Part shown: positions 40,453 to 49,779 of the stretch, piece by piece
How the letters are laid out: every line of letters starts with the position of its first letter
Position numbering within the stretch: the stretch's first letter is position 1
NCBI GenBank assembly: GCA_963825265.1
Contig: CAWGSI010000005.1
Coordinates: 347,556-411,555 of the forward strand
DNA: 64,000 bases
Direction of reading: 5' to 3'
Source: an uncultured Alphaproteobacteria bacterium
GTDB taxonomy: Bacteria > Pseudomonadota > Alphaproteobacteria > Rhizobiales > Xanthobacteraceae
Notes under the pieces: model-generated
Told to the model about the DNA's origin: nothing
The model's database searches: none
The model's input: only the letters and a program-made list of their open reading frames with translations
Made by a program: the position numbers and the translations under genes

Positions 40453-41244
40453 GTGGCCAATAAGCTTAAAGAAGCGCGCGCCGAACTCGCGCTTGCCAAC
40501 CGGATCGCCGCCAACGAAGGCGTGGTCGACACGTTCGGGCACGTCAGCATGCGCCATCCCGACGACCCAAACCGCTATTTCCTGTCGCGCTCGAGTGCGC
40601 CCGACATGGTGACGGCGGAAGGCTTGATCGAATACGACCTCGACTCCCGCCCGGTTCGCGATCCCGGCGTGCCGCAATATTCCGAGCGGGTTATTCACGG
40701 CGAGATCTATAAGGCCCGGCCGGATGTGATGTCGGTGTGCCATCATCATTCCGCGTCCTTCATGCCGCTGATCGCCGTCGGCGCCGACTATTTTCCGATT
40801 TTTCACTTGGGCTCGGTCGGCGGTATCAAGCCTCCATACTGGGATCAGCATGACGAGTTCGGCGACACCAATATGCTGGTGGTCAAACCGGAGGAGGGCG
40901 CCTCGCTCGCCCGCGCGCTCGGCGGCCATCAAATGGTGCTGATGCGTCGGCACGGCGCCACGGTCGTCGGCGCCAATGTTCGGGTGTGCGTGTACCGGGC
41001 TGTCCAAACCTGCCGCAATGCCGAGCACCTGGTGCGCGCCATGGCAATCGGCGGGACCATCGCATCGCTTTCGCCGGGCGAAACGGAGCGCTGTGGCGAT
41101 ATCGTCGGCAAGACAACCGGGGTCACGCGCTCTTGGGATTCGTGGGCGTTGCGGATTGCCAAGGCCGGCGGCCTGCCGGCGCCGGCCAAGAAATCCACGG
41201 CCTCGGCAAAGCCGCGCCGGGCGCGTAAAATGCGGCGGCGCTGA
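40453..41244 (+). CDS. Class II aldolase/adducin-fold protein, resembling aromatic-ring decarboxylases of this fold
   Basis: DTFGHVSMR, SERVIHGEIYKARPDV, HHHS, LMRRHG metal ligands; GTG start after gagga. Confidence 0.85.
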   Translation: MANKLKEARAELALANRIAANEGVVDTFGHVSMRHPDDPNRYFLSRSSAPDMVTAEGLIEYDLDSRPVRDPGVPQYSERVIHGEIYKARPDVMSVCHHHSASFMPLIAVGADYFPIFHLGSVGGIKPPYWDQHDEFGDTNMLVVKPEEGASLARALGGHQMVLMRRHGATVVGANVRVCVYRAVQTCRNAEHLVRAMAIGGTIASLSPGETERCGDIVGKTTGVTRSWDSWALRIAKAGGLPAPAKKSTASAKPRRARKMRRR

Positions 41245-41259
41245 GAAATTAGCCTTTCC

Positions 41260-41295
41260 CCGTGGGCCGCACTCGGTGTTGAATGTGGCCCACGG
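41260..41295. terminator. Intergenic hairpin
   Basis: ccgtgggccgca ... tgtggcccacgg 12-bp stem between the aldolase-fold gene and the SBP gene; no clear U-tract. Confidence 0.4.
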
Positions 41296-41337
41296 ATGAC
41301 GTCCAACGATAGAAACTGACTAGAGGGAGGAAATCGA

Positions 41338-42309
41338 ATGAATAGCTTCAAGACGGTGGCCGCTGCGCTCGGGCTCGTCGTGCCGTTGGCGCTCGCGGGT
41401 ACCCCGGCATCCGCCGAGGACACGCTCAAGCTGGTGATCGGCCAGATCAACAATTGGGAAAATCAGGCGCCGACGCTCGGCCAGGACGCTGGCATCTTCA
41501 AGAAACACGGGCTGGTGCTGGAGAATACCGGCACGCAGGGCGCCGGCGAGACCATCCAGGCGGTGATCTCGGGTTCGGCCGATATCGGCGCCGGCGTCGG
41601 TGCGGCGGGCGCCATGCGCGCATTTGCCAAGGGCGCACCGATCCGCATATTGGCGCCGGCCTTTACCGGCACGGGCGACCTGTTCTGGTACGTCAAGACC
41701 GACTCCAAGATCCACAGCCTGAAAAATTCAACGCCCGAGACCACCATCGCCTATTCGACCAATGGATCGAGCTCGAACAATATCGTCGTCGCCTTCATCA
41801 ACGAGCTCGGGGCCAAGGCTCGGCCGACCGCCACCGGCGGACCGGCCGCCACGCTGACTGCGGTGATGTCCGGTCAGGTCGATATCGGTTGGGCGGCGCC
41901 CCCGTTTGGCCTGCAGGAAATCAAGGACGGCAAGATCCGCATCATCGCGCACGGCAGCGACGTGCCCTCGCTGCGCGGGCAGACCGTGCGTGTTCTGATC
42001 GTCAATGCGAATGCGCTCAAGACCAAGCACGACGCGATCATGCGTTTCATGGACGCCTATCGTGAGGCTGTGGACTGGATGTATTCCGATCCCAAGGCGG
42101 TCGAGATGTATTCCGCCAAAATCCACCGGCCCATCGAAATGCTTAAGGAGTCGATGGCCAAGTTCCAGCCGAAGGAGGCGTTGCAGACCGATCACTTCGC
42201 CGATCTCGACGGCTCCATCCGCGACGCGGTCAAGCTCAAATTCCTCGAGAAGCCGCTGACCAAGGAGCAGATCGCGGAGCTGTTGCAGATTCCGCCGCGC
42301 AAGAAATAG
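41338..42309 (+). CDS. ABC substrate-binding protein (NMT1/TauA-like)
   Basis: Signal peptide ending ASA, GAGETIQAVISGSADIG, AVMSGQVDIGW; RBS ggagg. Confidence 0.88.
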   Translation: MNSFKTVAAALGLVVPLALAGTPASAEDTLKLVIGQINNWENQAPTLGQDAGIFKKHGLVLENTGTQGAGETIQAVISGSADIGAGVGAAGAMRAFAKGAPIRILAPAFTGTGDLFWYVKTDSKIHSLKNSTPETTIAYSTNGSSSNNIVVAFINELGAKARPTATGGPAATLTAVMSGQVDIGWAAPPFGLQEIKDGKIRIIAHGSDVPSLRGQTVRVLIVNANALKTKHDAIMRFMDAYREAVDWMYSDPKAVEMYSAKIHRPIEMLKESMAKFQPKEALQTDHFADLDGSIRDAVKLKFLEKPLTKEQIAELLQIPPRKK

Positions 42310-42334
42310 TCGCGGCGACGCGCAATAACGCAAA

Positions 42335-42365
42335 CGGGCCGCTGCATGACAGCGGCCCGCTTTTT
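42335..42365 (+). terminator. Rho-independent terminator
   Basis: cgggccgctg-catga-cagcggcccg followed by cTTTTT. Confidence 0.8.
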
Positions 42366-42387
42366 CGCGGTCGATAATTGCCGACGG

Positions 42388-42723
42388 CTACATCTTCTTC
42401 ATTTCTTTCTTCATCGGCTTGGCCATCTTCTTCTTGCCGTGCTTCTTGTGATGCTTCATGGCCTTCTTGGCCGGGCAAGCGCCTTGCGAGACTACCGAGG
42501 CGCCGTCCTTTTCCGCAAAGCATGCGTTCGCGTAGGTGAACTTCATGCCGCCTTTGGCGCCGCACACCGGCTTCTGGATTTCCCAGCACGGGCCGGGTTG
42601 CGGTGGGGGCGCCATCATCTTCTTTTTGGACTTGGCATCGCTCGCTCCGCCCGAGCCGATCAAGAGAGCGGCGGCCGTAGCGGCAATAAACGCAGCGTAA
42701 CCGATATTCTTCAGTTTCATCAT
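42388..42723 (-). CDS. Secreted atypical Kazal-domain protein with Lys/Met/His-rich tail
   Basis: Signal peptide; CWEIQKPVCGAKGGMKFTYANACFAEKDGASVVSQGAC fits the Kazal C-x7-C(PVCG)-x-TY-x-N-x-C...G-x-C pattern. Confidence 0.75.
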   Translation of the reverse strand: MMKLKNIGYAAFIAATAAALLIGSGGASDAKSKKKMMAPPPQPGPCWEIQKPVCGAKGGMKFTYANACFAEKDGASVVSQGACPAKKAMKHHKKHGKKKMAKPMKKEMKKM

Positions 42724-42836
42724 TTCCTCCCGACGTTATTGGCGCGCCATACTAGGAGGGAAATTACCGCGATTACAAGAAATTTGCGCCGTTGCGGCGC
42801 ACCCAAACCTGAACACGCGTTCATGTCGCCGGCCGC

Positions 42837-43739
42837 TCAGTGGCGGTCCTTGGCGGCGGCGCTGATGGCCTCGAGCATGGCGGCGCGGCCGGACTTGAGC
42901 GCGGCACGCACTTTGCCATCTTTGCCGAGCGCGCCCATCTCGCGCTGACGTTTGACGGTGGAATCGACCATCAATGGATCGAGGCCGAGTTCGCGCAAGG
43001 TTGCCGCCAACTCTTCCATCTCCGCGGCGCGACGCTCGCCGTGGCTCGCCATGCGCTCGAGGTTGTATTCGGCGATCTTCACCCAATCGAGCGAAGGATA
43101 ATTGTTTTTCATCGACGCGGTCACTTCCTCCAGCACGCCGGCGCGGCTGGCTGCGAGGAAGCACTCGGCCGTGAGCGCCTCGATACCCTTAATCATCACG
43201 CTGCGGATCATCTTGATGGCGGCGGCCTGGCCGGTTGCGGCGCCGACCACGCTCAGCTTCATCTCCAACTCGTCGAGCAGCGGCGATATAGCCTGCGCAT
43301 GCGGCCCCGAGATCAAAAGCGGCGTCCTGTGGCGCAGCGGATGGATCGGCGCGATCACCGCCACGTCCACGTAGCGGGCGCGCTCGCCCAGAAGCTTGGC
43401 GGTCTCCTGCTTGCGGCCGGGCGAGACCGAATTGATGTCGAGATAATAGGGCGCACCCTTGAGGTGCGGTTCGACCGAGCGCGCGGCATCCAGGCTCGAC
43501 GCCGCGGTGACCGCCGAAACGATCATGTCGGTCTCGGCCACCGCGTCGGCCGCCGAATTCGCCAGCCGCACGCCGATGGCTTCGCCGGCGGCCTTAAGGC
43601 GCGCGCCTTCGGCTTGGGGAAACAGGATGTCCCAGGCGGCGATGCGCTCGATGCCGGCCTCGCGCAGGCCTGAGGCGATCGCCTGTCCGGCCTCGCCGAA
43701 ACCGATGAAGGAAATCCGTGGGGTATTGCGTCGAGTCAT
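42837..43739 (-). CDS. NAD(P)-dependent oxidoreductase, 6PGD/HIBADH family with DUF1932-like C-terminus
   Basis: FIGFGEAG, YLDINSVSPGRK, IKMIRSVMIKG, HGERRAAEM. Confidence 0.85.
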   Translation of the reverse strand: MTRRNTPRISFIGFGEAGQAIASGLREAGIERIAAWDILFPQAEGARLKAAGEAIGVRLANSAADAVAETDMIVSAVTAASSLDAARSVEPHLKGAPYYLDINSVSPGRKQETAKLLGERARYVDVAVIAPIHPLRHRTPLLISGPHAQAISPLLDELEMKLSVVGAATGQAAAIKMIRSVMIKGIEALTAECFLAASRAGVLEEVTASMKNNYPSLDWVKIAEYNLERMASHGERRAAEMEELAATLRELGLDPLMVDSTVKRQREMGALGKDGKVRAALKSGRAAMLEAISAAAKDRH

Positions 43740-43751
43740 GACATATCCATT

Positions 43752-44519
43752 TTAGATCGTTTTCACCGGCGCGTCCTGCCGCGTCGTTTGGAAGCTCACC
43801 GCCATCAGCCATTGTCCGTCGCGCTTGACGAAAACGCGCGAAACGCGTGCGGCCTTGCCGTGGAACGGCTGGTGCTCGCAAGCCATCACGATGGCGTCCT
43901 TAAAGCCGAACAGCCGCGCCGAAACCAGCGGGGCAGGAGCCGAATTGGCATTGGCGCGCCGCTGCTCCTCGATCACCGCCTGGCGATCGGTCTTGCTGTG
44001 GCGGCGGGCCGCGCCGACCACCATGAATTCGTCGGCCACGTGCTGCGCCCAAGTTTCGGGCTCGTGATGCATCACCGCGACTTCCAGCCGTTGCCAGGAA
44101 GCAAGACAATCGCGCTCGTCGGCATTGCGCGGCGTATAGGGCAGCGAGTGGCACGGATTGTCCCATTCCTTTTTCCCGGGGCCATGCGGGGCGGGCGGCA
44201 AACTCTGCGAGACCTCGTGATAAGCGATGAGGCGCCAGCCGGCGGGGCGTTTGACCCAGATGCGCAGCACAAAATGCTTATCGCGCTCGACCGCGATGGT
44301 GGCCACCTCGCCGTGATCGTGGCGCACCGGCGTGAGGCCAGCCTCGTCGGCGAGCAGCGGTTTGGGCAGGGCGCTCAGCGTCTCCGCTTTGTCGAGAATG
44401 CGGCCGTTGAAGTCCACCCAACTGAAATCGTCATCGAGAACCGCCGCGACTCTGTCGGCATCGCCCTTCGCCAGCGCCGCGATCAGGGCGCGGTCGGCGC
44501 CAAGCACGTGTTCGTTCAT
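43752..44519 (-). CDS. Tandem NTF2/SnoaL-like (DUF4440-type) domain protein
   Basis: Two roughly 110-aa repeats (ALAKGDADRVAAVLDDDFSWVD...IWVKRPAGWRLIAYH and AVMHHEPETWAQHVADEFMVV...VFVKRDGQWLMAVSF). Confidence 0.75.
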   Translation of the reverse strand: MNEHVLGADRALIAALAKGDADRVAAVLDDDFSWVDFNGRILDKAETLSALPKPLLADEAGLTPVRHDHGEVATIAVERDKHFVLRIWVKRPAGWRLIAYHEVSQSLPPAPHGPGKKEWDNPCHSLPYTPRNADERDCLASWQRLEVAVMHHEPETWAQHVADEFMVVGAARRHSKTDRQAVIEEQRRANANSAPAPLVSARLFGFKDAIVMACEHQPFHGKAARVSRVFVKRDGQWLMAVSFQTTRQDAPVKTI

Positions 44520-44526
44520 GGAGCGG

Positions 44527-45495
44527 TCACGAGTCCGCCACGCCCGGCACCGGCGGGGTGCCGTGGGTATGGAAAGACTTGATGGTCTGCAATCCCCAGG
44601 CCTGGCCCTTCTTGCGTTCGGCCTCGGACCAGGTGATCGGCTTCCAGTCCGGCGCCAGCACCAGACGGGCGCCGGCGCAGGCGACCTCGACGCGATTGCC
44701 GCCCGGCTCGTAGACGTAAAGGAAGAACGTCTGCTGGATGGCGTGCTTGTGCGGGCCGGTCTCGATGAAGACGCCGTTCTCCAGGAAAATATCGGCGGCG
44801 CGCAGAATGTCCTCGCGCGCATCGAGCGCGTAGGTGACGTGGTGAAAGCGTCCCTTGGTGCCGGTGTGATCGCGGGTGTATGCGAAGTCGTAGGACTTGT
44901 TGGTGGCGGTCATCCACATGCCGGCCTCGGAGCCGTCGTCCATCACGATCTGCTCGGTCAGCATGAAGCCGAGATAGTTCTCAAAGAATTCGCGATTGGC
45001 CTTGATGTCGACCGCCAGCCCGTTGAAATGATCGATGCGCCGCACGTTGACGCCGCGCGCTGGAAACGCTTGCGCTTGATTTTTCAACGCGGGCTTGAGG
45101 CCGGGCGGCGCCACGTACCATTCGGTGTCGTAGTAAAGCTCGATCACGTGGCCGTCCGGATCCTTGCAGACGAAGGTCTTGCCCTGGCCGAGGTCGCCGT
45201 CGCTCCAGCCGACGTCGAAGCCGGAGCCTTTAAGCGCCGCCGCGCGCCGCTCCAGCGCCTGCGGGCTTCGCGTGCGGAAGGCCGCGTGTCCCATGCCTGA
45301 GGTTTTCGACGCGGTCAGCTTGAGCGAATAGCGCTCGTAGTCGTCCCAGCCGCGCAGATAAACGCTATCGCCCTTCTCGCCGCTCTGGGTCATGCCCATC
45401 ACGTCGATGAAGAATTTGCGGCTTGCCTCGAATTTCGGGGTCAGGATTTCGACATGGCCGAGATGGGCGATGTCGCGAATGGGTTCCGGCGTCAT
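44527..45495 (-). CDS. Catechol 2,3-dioxygenase (type I extradiol, VOC fold)
   Basis: IAHLGHVE, VYLRGWDDYE, RIDHFN, GRFHHVTY, GPHKHAIQQTFFLYVYEPGGNRVE (His/His/Glu Fe ligands). Confidence 0.92.
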   Translation of the reverse strand: MTPEPIRDIAHLGHVEILTPKFEASRKFFIDVMGMTQSGEKGDSVYLRGWDDYERYSLKLTASKTSGMGHAAFRTRSPQALERRAAALKGSGFDVGWSDGDLGQGKTFVCKDPDGHVIELYYDTEWYVAPPGLKPALKNQAQAFPARGVNVRRIDHFNGLAVDIKANREFFENYLGFMLTEQIVMDDGSEAGMWMTATNKSYDFAYTRDHTGTKGRFHHVTYALDAREDILRAADIFLENGVFIETGPHKHAIQQTFFLYVYEPGGNRVEVACAGARLVLAPDWKPITWSEAERKKGQAWGLQTIKSFHTHGTPPVPGVADS

Positions 45496-45520
45496 GGTGC
45501 CTTGCTGGTATGGGTGGAGG

Positions 45521-46204
45521 TCAATTCTGCCGGACGGCGCGTGAGAACGCCAGAACCAGATTGTTCGCCGGCATGGGCGTAACCTCGGCGGCCGTCAGGC
45601 CGGCGTCCTGCGCGAGCGCGTTGATATCGGCCACGTCGCGCAGGCCCCATGCGGGATTTTCCGCGCGCAGGCTTTGATCGAAGGCCGCATTGCTCGGCGT
45701 GGTATGCGCCCCGTCCCGCACAAACGGGCCGTAGACGAACAGCCGGCCGCCGTCGCTCACGAAACGGCTGGCGCCGGCGATCAGGTTTTGCGCCACCGCC
45801 CAGGGCGAAATGTGCAGCACGTTGATGCAGAGCATGGCGGTGAGCATTGCGCGGGCTTGGCCATCCGCCGTCCATGACCATGCCGGATCGGCGAGGTCGA
45901 TGCGCTGCGGTGCGCGCAAGTTTGCCAGCCCCGCGTGGCGCCGCCAGGCCTCGATGCTGGCAAGATGCGACGGGTAGATATCGCTCGGCCACCAGGTCAG
46001 CCGCGGCGTGCGGCCGGCGAAGGCCGTAACGTGCTGCCCGGTGCCGCTGCCAAGCTCCAGCACGTCGCCGGTCCGCCCGCCCAGGTAGCCCGTCATCGCC
46101 GACCAGATGGCGTCATGGTTGCGGTGGAAAGCCGGACCGTTCAGCCGTCCGTCGGAAGCGCCCGGTGCTCCGGATTTCCCGAAATCGACGACGAATTCCG
46201 CCAT
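45521..46204 (-). CDS. DUF938-family SAM-dependent methyltransferase
   Basis: PAFHRNHDAI, VLELGSGTGQH, WWPSD, NVLHISPW, YGPF, SNAAFDQSLR, MPANN. Confidence 0.88.
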   Translation of the reverse strand: MAEFVVDFGKSGAPGASDGRLNGPAFHRNHDAIWSAMTGYLGGRTGDVLELGSGTGQHVTAFAGRTPRLTWWPSDIYPSHLASIEAWRRHAGLANLRAPQRIDLADPAWSWTADGQARAMLTAMLCINVLHISPWAVAQNLIAGASRFVSDGGRLFVYGPFVRDGAHTTPSNAAFDQSLRAENPAWGLRDVADINALAQDAGLTAAEVTPMPANNLVLAFSRAVRQN

Positions 46205-46425
46205 GACTGATATCGGCCCTGGGTCAATTGCGCGGTGCAATTAACCGTTGCCCGCCGGTGCGGTCAAACGCCGGTTATCGACGCCTGCTATGGGATTACG
46301 CAGGCCGCCTTCGTTGTTTTTATCTGTACGATGGGGCAATATCGCGCCTTCAGCGGGCAAACCCGCGATCCGTTCGACGGCGTGGGGCTTCGGACAGGCT
46401 TTAAAAAGAATCTGGGAGGATTCCT

Positions 46426-47445
46426 ATGCGCAAACTTTATTCGACATTGGCGGTGCTCGCGGCCGCCGCGCTGGCGCTGCCGGGCGCGGCCAGCGCGCAA
46501 GCCGACAAACTCGTCGTCGGCATGCCGACCACGCCACCCAACGTCGTGCACATGCCGGTGGTCGTGGCCAAAGAGCTCGGGCTCTACAAGAAGTATGGCG
46601 TGGATGTCGATTTCGTCGCGCTCGACGGCGGCGTCAAAGTCTATCGCGCCATGCTGTCCGGCAACATCGACGTCGCCATGGCGCCGGCCGCGCTCACCGC
46701 GGTCGGCATTGCCAAGGGCTCGAAGGTCAAGGCCATTCTTGCCAGCACCGACAAGTTCGAGGCATCCATGGTCGTGCGCGACAACGTCAAGACCATGGCC
46801 GATCTCAAGGGCAAGCGCATCGGCATTCAGCAGCCCGGCGGCTTCGCCGACATCCTGAGCAAGAACGTGCTGCGCGCGGCCAAGATCGATCCGAAGGACG
46901 TGCACTTCGTCACCATCGCCACCGAAGACGTGCCGGCGCTGGTCGCCGATCAGGTCGACACCGCCATCCTGCATGTCGAGCAGGAAATGCTGGCCAAGGA
47001 AAAGGTGCCGAGCCTGCACGCGATCGCGCGCATGTGGGACCTGCAGCCGCACACGGTCTATAACTTCCTCGACGTGACCGAAAAGACCATCCAGGAAAAG
47101 CCGAAGGCGCTGGAAGCTTTCGTGAAGGCCAATATCGAAGCCACGCGCTTAATGTACACCGAGCGCGCCAAGGTGCTGCCGATCCTGGTCAAGCAAACCG
47201 GCTATCCGGAAAAGATCATCGCCGAGACCTACGACTTCCTGGTCAAGAACTGTATCTGGAACGCCAATACCGGGCTGTCGCCGGAACGCGTCAACTTCAC
47301 GTCCAAGCTGATGGAAAAGGTCGGCAACATCGAAGCCGGCAAGGCGCCGACCTACGAGCAAATCGTCGACAAGTCTTTCGCCGAGAAGGCGATCAAGGAA
47401 CTCGGCGAATGGAAAGGACCCGTTTGTCCTTCGGCTGCGTTCTGA
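46426..47445 (+). CDS. ABC substrate-binding protein (NMT1/THI5-like)
   Basis: Signal peptide ending ASA, DLKGKRIGI, ALVADQVDTA; RBS ggagg. Confidence 0.88.
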   Translation: MRKLYSTLAVLAAAALALPGAASAQADKLVVGMPTTPPNVVHMPVVVAKELGLYKKYGVDVDFVALDGGVKVYRAMLSGNIDVAMAPAALTAVGIAKGSKVKAILASTDKFEASMVVRDNVKTMADLKGKRIGIQQPGGFADILSKNVLRAAKIDPKDVHFVTIATEDVPALVADQVDTAILHVEQEMLAKEKVPSLHAIARMWDLQPHTVYNFLDVTEKTIQEKPKALEAFVKANIEATRLMYTERAKVLPILVKQTGYPEKIIAETYDFLVKNCIWNANTGLSPERVNFTSKLMEKVGNIEAGKAPTYEQIVDKSFAEKAIKELGEWKGPVCPSAAF

Positions 47446-47503
47446 GGGTAGGGACTGAGTAAATCGGGCGGCCGCGAGGGCCGAGTGCCCGGGAGCCAAT
47501 GCA

Positions 47504-48334
47504 ATGAGCGTTGCCAACGAGGTTCACGCCGTCCCGCTCGCGAGCGAACGGCAAGCGGCGCCGGCGGAAAAGAAGATGCCGTGGTGGGAGCGCAGGGCGC
47601 TGTTCCGCTACGGCTTCGTCGCGCTGGTGCTCATCGTCTGGCAGATCGTTGGGCCCACGATCAGTCCGATCTTCTTCACCTATCCGACCAAAATCGCGGT
47701 CGCCTTCTACACGCTTACCGCCTCGGGCGAACTGCCGTATTACCTGGGGCAAAGCCTGGAGGTCATGATCTACGGGCTGGGCATAGCCATCGTGGTCGGC
47801 ATTCCGCTCGCCATCCTGATGGCGCGCATCCGCTGGCTCGACTGGGCGCTCGACCTGCCGATCAACGCGCTCTACGCGACCCCGCTGGTCGCGGTGGTGC
47901 CGCTGCTGGTGCTGTGGTTCGGCATCTATCTCAAGGCCAAGATCATCGTGGTGTTCCTGTTCGCGGTGTTCCCGGTCCTGATCAATACCTATCAGGGCGT
48001 GCGCGAATGCGACAAAAACATGCTCGAGGTCGCGCGTTCATTCCGCTCGAACGAGTGGCGGGTCTGGCAGGACGTGCTGCTGCCGTTTGCCTTGCCTTAT
48101 ATTATCGCCGGCATTCGCCTCGCCATCGGTCGCGGGCTGATCGGCATGATCATCGCCGAGTTCTACACCACAATTTCCGGCCTCGGCTTCATGATCACGC
48201 GCTACGCCAATAATTTCGAGATGGACAAGACCTTCGTGCCGGTGATTGTGCTGATGTTTCTCGGTGTCTCGCTCACGTCCTTGTTGAAATGGTTCGGGCA
48301 ACGCATCGCGCCCTGGAGCAACGCCGCCCGCTGA
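47504..48334 (+). CDS. ABC permease (SsuC/TauC type)
   Basis: ALYATPLVAVVP, MLEVARSFRSN, LPFALPYIIAGIR. Confidence 0.9.
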   Translation: MSVANEVHAVPLASERQAAPAEKKMPWWERRALFRYGFVALVLIVWQIVGPTISPIFFTYPTKIAVAFYTLTASGELPYYLGQSLEVMIYGLGIAIVVGIPLAILMARIRWLDWALDLPINALYATPLVAVVPLLVLWFGIYLKAKIIVVFLFAVFPVLINTYQGVRECDKNMLEVARSFRSNEWRVWQDVLLPFALPYIIAGIRLAIGRGLIGMIIAEFYTTISGLGFMITRYANNFEMDKTFVPVIVLMFLGVSLTSLLKWFGQRIAPWSNAAR

Positions 48335-48409
48335 GCGGCGCCTTCCGGCGTATTGTTTTTGTCTTAGGCGCGCGCGACACTGGCCCGCCGGTCAGCGGGG
48401 CATTGCGTC

Positions 48410-49027
48410 ATGAGCGAACCTCCGATTTCACGCGGCTTTCGCGGGCGTAAGCCCGGCGCGCAAAGCGCGCGCGTGCCGCCGGGCCAGCATCTGGTTTCCG
48501 ATTTTCCGGTGCTCTCGGCCGGGCCGACGCCGGAAACCCAACTCAAGAGCTGGAGCTTTTCGCTCGATGACGGCGACCGCCCGGTCGGCGAATGGAATTG
48601 GGCCGAATTCAACGCACTGCCGCAGTCCGAAGTGACGGTCGACATCCATTGCGTGACTACCTGGTCGAAGCTCGACACGCATTGGCGCGGCGCTTCCATC
48701 GACACGCTGCTGGAGGCCGCAGGCTTGAGCGAGCCGCCGGCCGCCTTCGTGCTGGCGCATTGCGACGGCGGCTACACCACCAACGTGCCGGCCGAGGACT
48801 TGGTCGACGGCAAGGCTATGATCGCGACGCATTTCGGCGGCGAGCCGCTCGATCCCGAACATGGCGGCCCGGCGCGGCTCCTGGTGCCGCATCTTTATTT
48901 CTGGAAGAGCGCGAAATGGGTGCGCCGCCTGCAGTTCATCGACACCGAGCAGCCCGGCTTCTGGGAGGAGCTCGGCTACCACATTTACGGCGATCCCTGG
49001 CGCGAGCAGCGTTATGCCGGGGATTAA
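48410..49027 (+). CDS. Sulfite-oxidase-family molybdopterin oxidoreductase (MsrP/YedY-like core, no export signal)
   Basis: RVPPGQ...FPVLSAG, VDIHCVTTWSK (Mo-ligating Cys), HGGPARLLVPHLYFWKSAKWV, GFWEELGYH. Confidence 0.9.
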   Translation: MSEPPISRGFRGRKPGAQSARVPPGQHLVSDFPVLSAGPTPETQLKSWSFSLDDGDRPVGEWNWAEFNALPQSEVTVDIHCVTTWSKLDTHWRGASIDTLLEAAGLSEPPAAFVLAHCDGGYTTNVPAEDLVDGKAMIATHFGGEPLDPEHGGPARLLVPHLYFWKSAKWVRRLQFIDTEQPGFWEELGYHIYGDPWREQRYAGD

Positions 49028-49769
49028 GCCGGCGGCTCCGCTCCGGCTTGAATGGCTGACGGCGAGCGTGCGCGAGGTCATCGAGGAGACGCTGCGCGTG
49101 CGCAGTCTCGCGCTCGAAGTGCCGGATTGGCCGGGTCACCGCGCCGGCCAGCACGTCGATGTGCGGCTCACCGCGGAAGACGGCTACCAGGCGCAGCGCA
49201 GCTATTCGATCGCCTCGGCGCCGGGCGCGCCCTTGACGCTGACCGTGGAGCGCATCGGCGAGGGTGAGGTGTCGCCTTATCTCGCAGGGGAGGCGCGCGC
49301 CGGCGACAAATTCGAACTGCGCGGTCCGATCGGCGGCTATTTCGTCTGGACGCCGGCGCTCGGCGGCCCGCTGTTCCTGGTCGCCGGCGGCTCCGGCATC
49401 GTGCCGCTGATGGCCATGCTGCGCCAACGCGCGGCGGCCAAAAGCACGCTGCCGACAGCCTTGCTTTATTCCTCGCGCGGGTTTGCCGACATCATCTACC
49501 GTGCCGAGCTAGAGCGGCTGGCCGCAGAGGGCGGCGGCCTGCACGTTGTTCACACACTGACGCGTGAACGTCCCGCCGGCTGGAGCGGCTTTACGCGCCG
49601 CGTCGACCGCGCCATGCTCGAAAGCGTCGGCTTTGCGCCCGAGGCGCATCCGCGCATTTTCGTGTGTGGCCCGACACCGCTGGTGGAGGCCGCCGCGCGA
49701 GCCTTGCGCGACATCGGCCACGAGCCGCATTTGATCAAGACCGAACGTTTCGGACCGACGGGAATCTAG
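49014..49769 (+). CDS. FAD/NAD(P)H oxidoreductase (ferredoxin-reductase-like, no Fe-S domain)
   Basis: AGQHVDVRL, RSYSIAS, GEVSPYL, AGGSGIVPLMAM, FVCGPT; overlaps the upstream gene by 14 bp. Confidence 0.9.
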   Translation: MPGIKPAAPLRLEWLTASVREVIEETLRVRSLALEVPDWPGHRAGQHVDVRLTAEDGYQAQRSYSIASAPGAPLTLTVERIGEGEVSPYLAGEARAGDKFELRGPIGGYFVWTPALGGPLFLVAGGSGIVPLMAMLRQRAAAKSTLPTALLYSSRGFADIIYRAELERLAAEGGGLHVVHTLTRERPAGWSGFTRRVDRAMLESVGFAPEAHPRIFVCGPTPLVEAAARALRDIGHEPHLIKTERFGPTGI

Positions 49770-49779
49770 GAGATCGACC

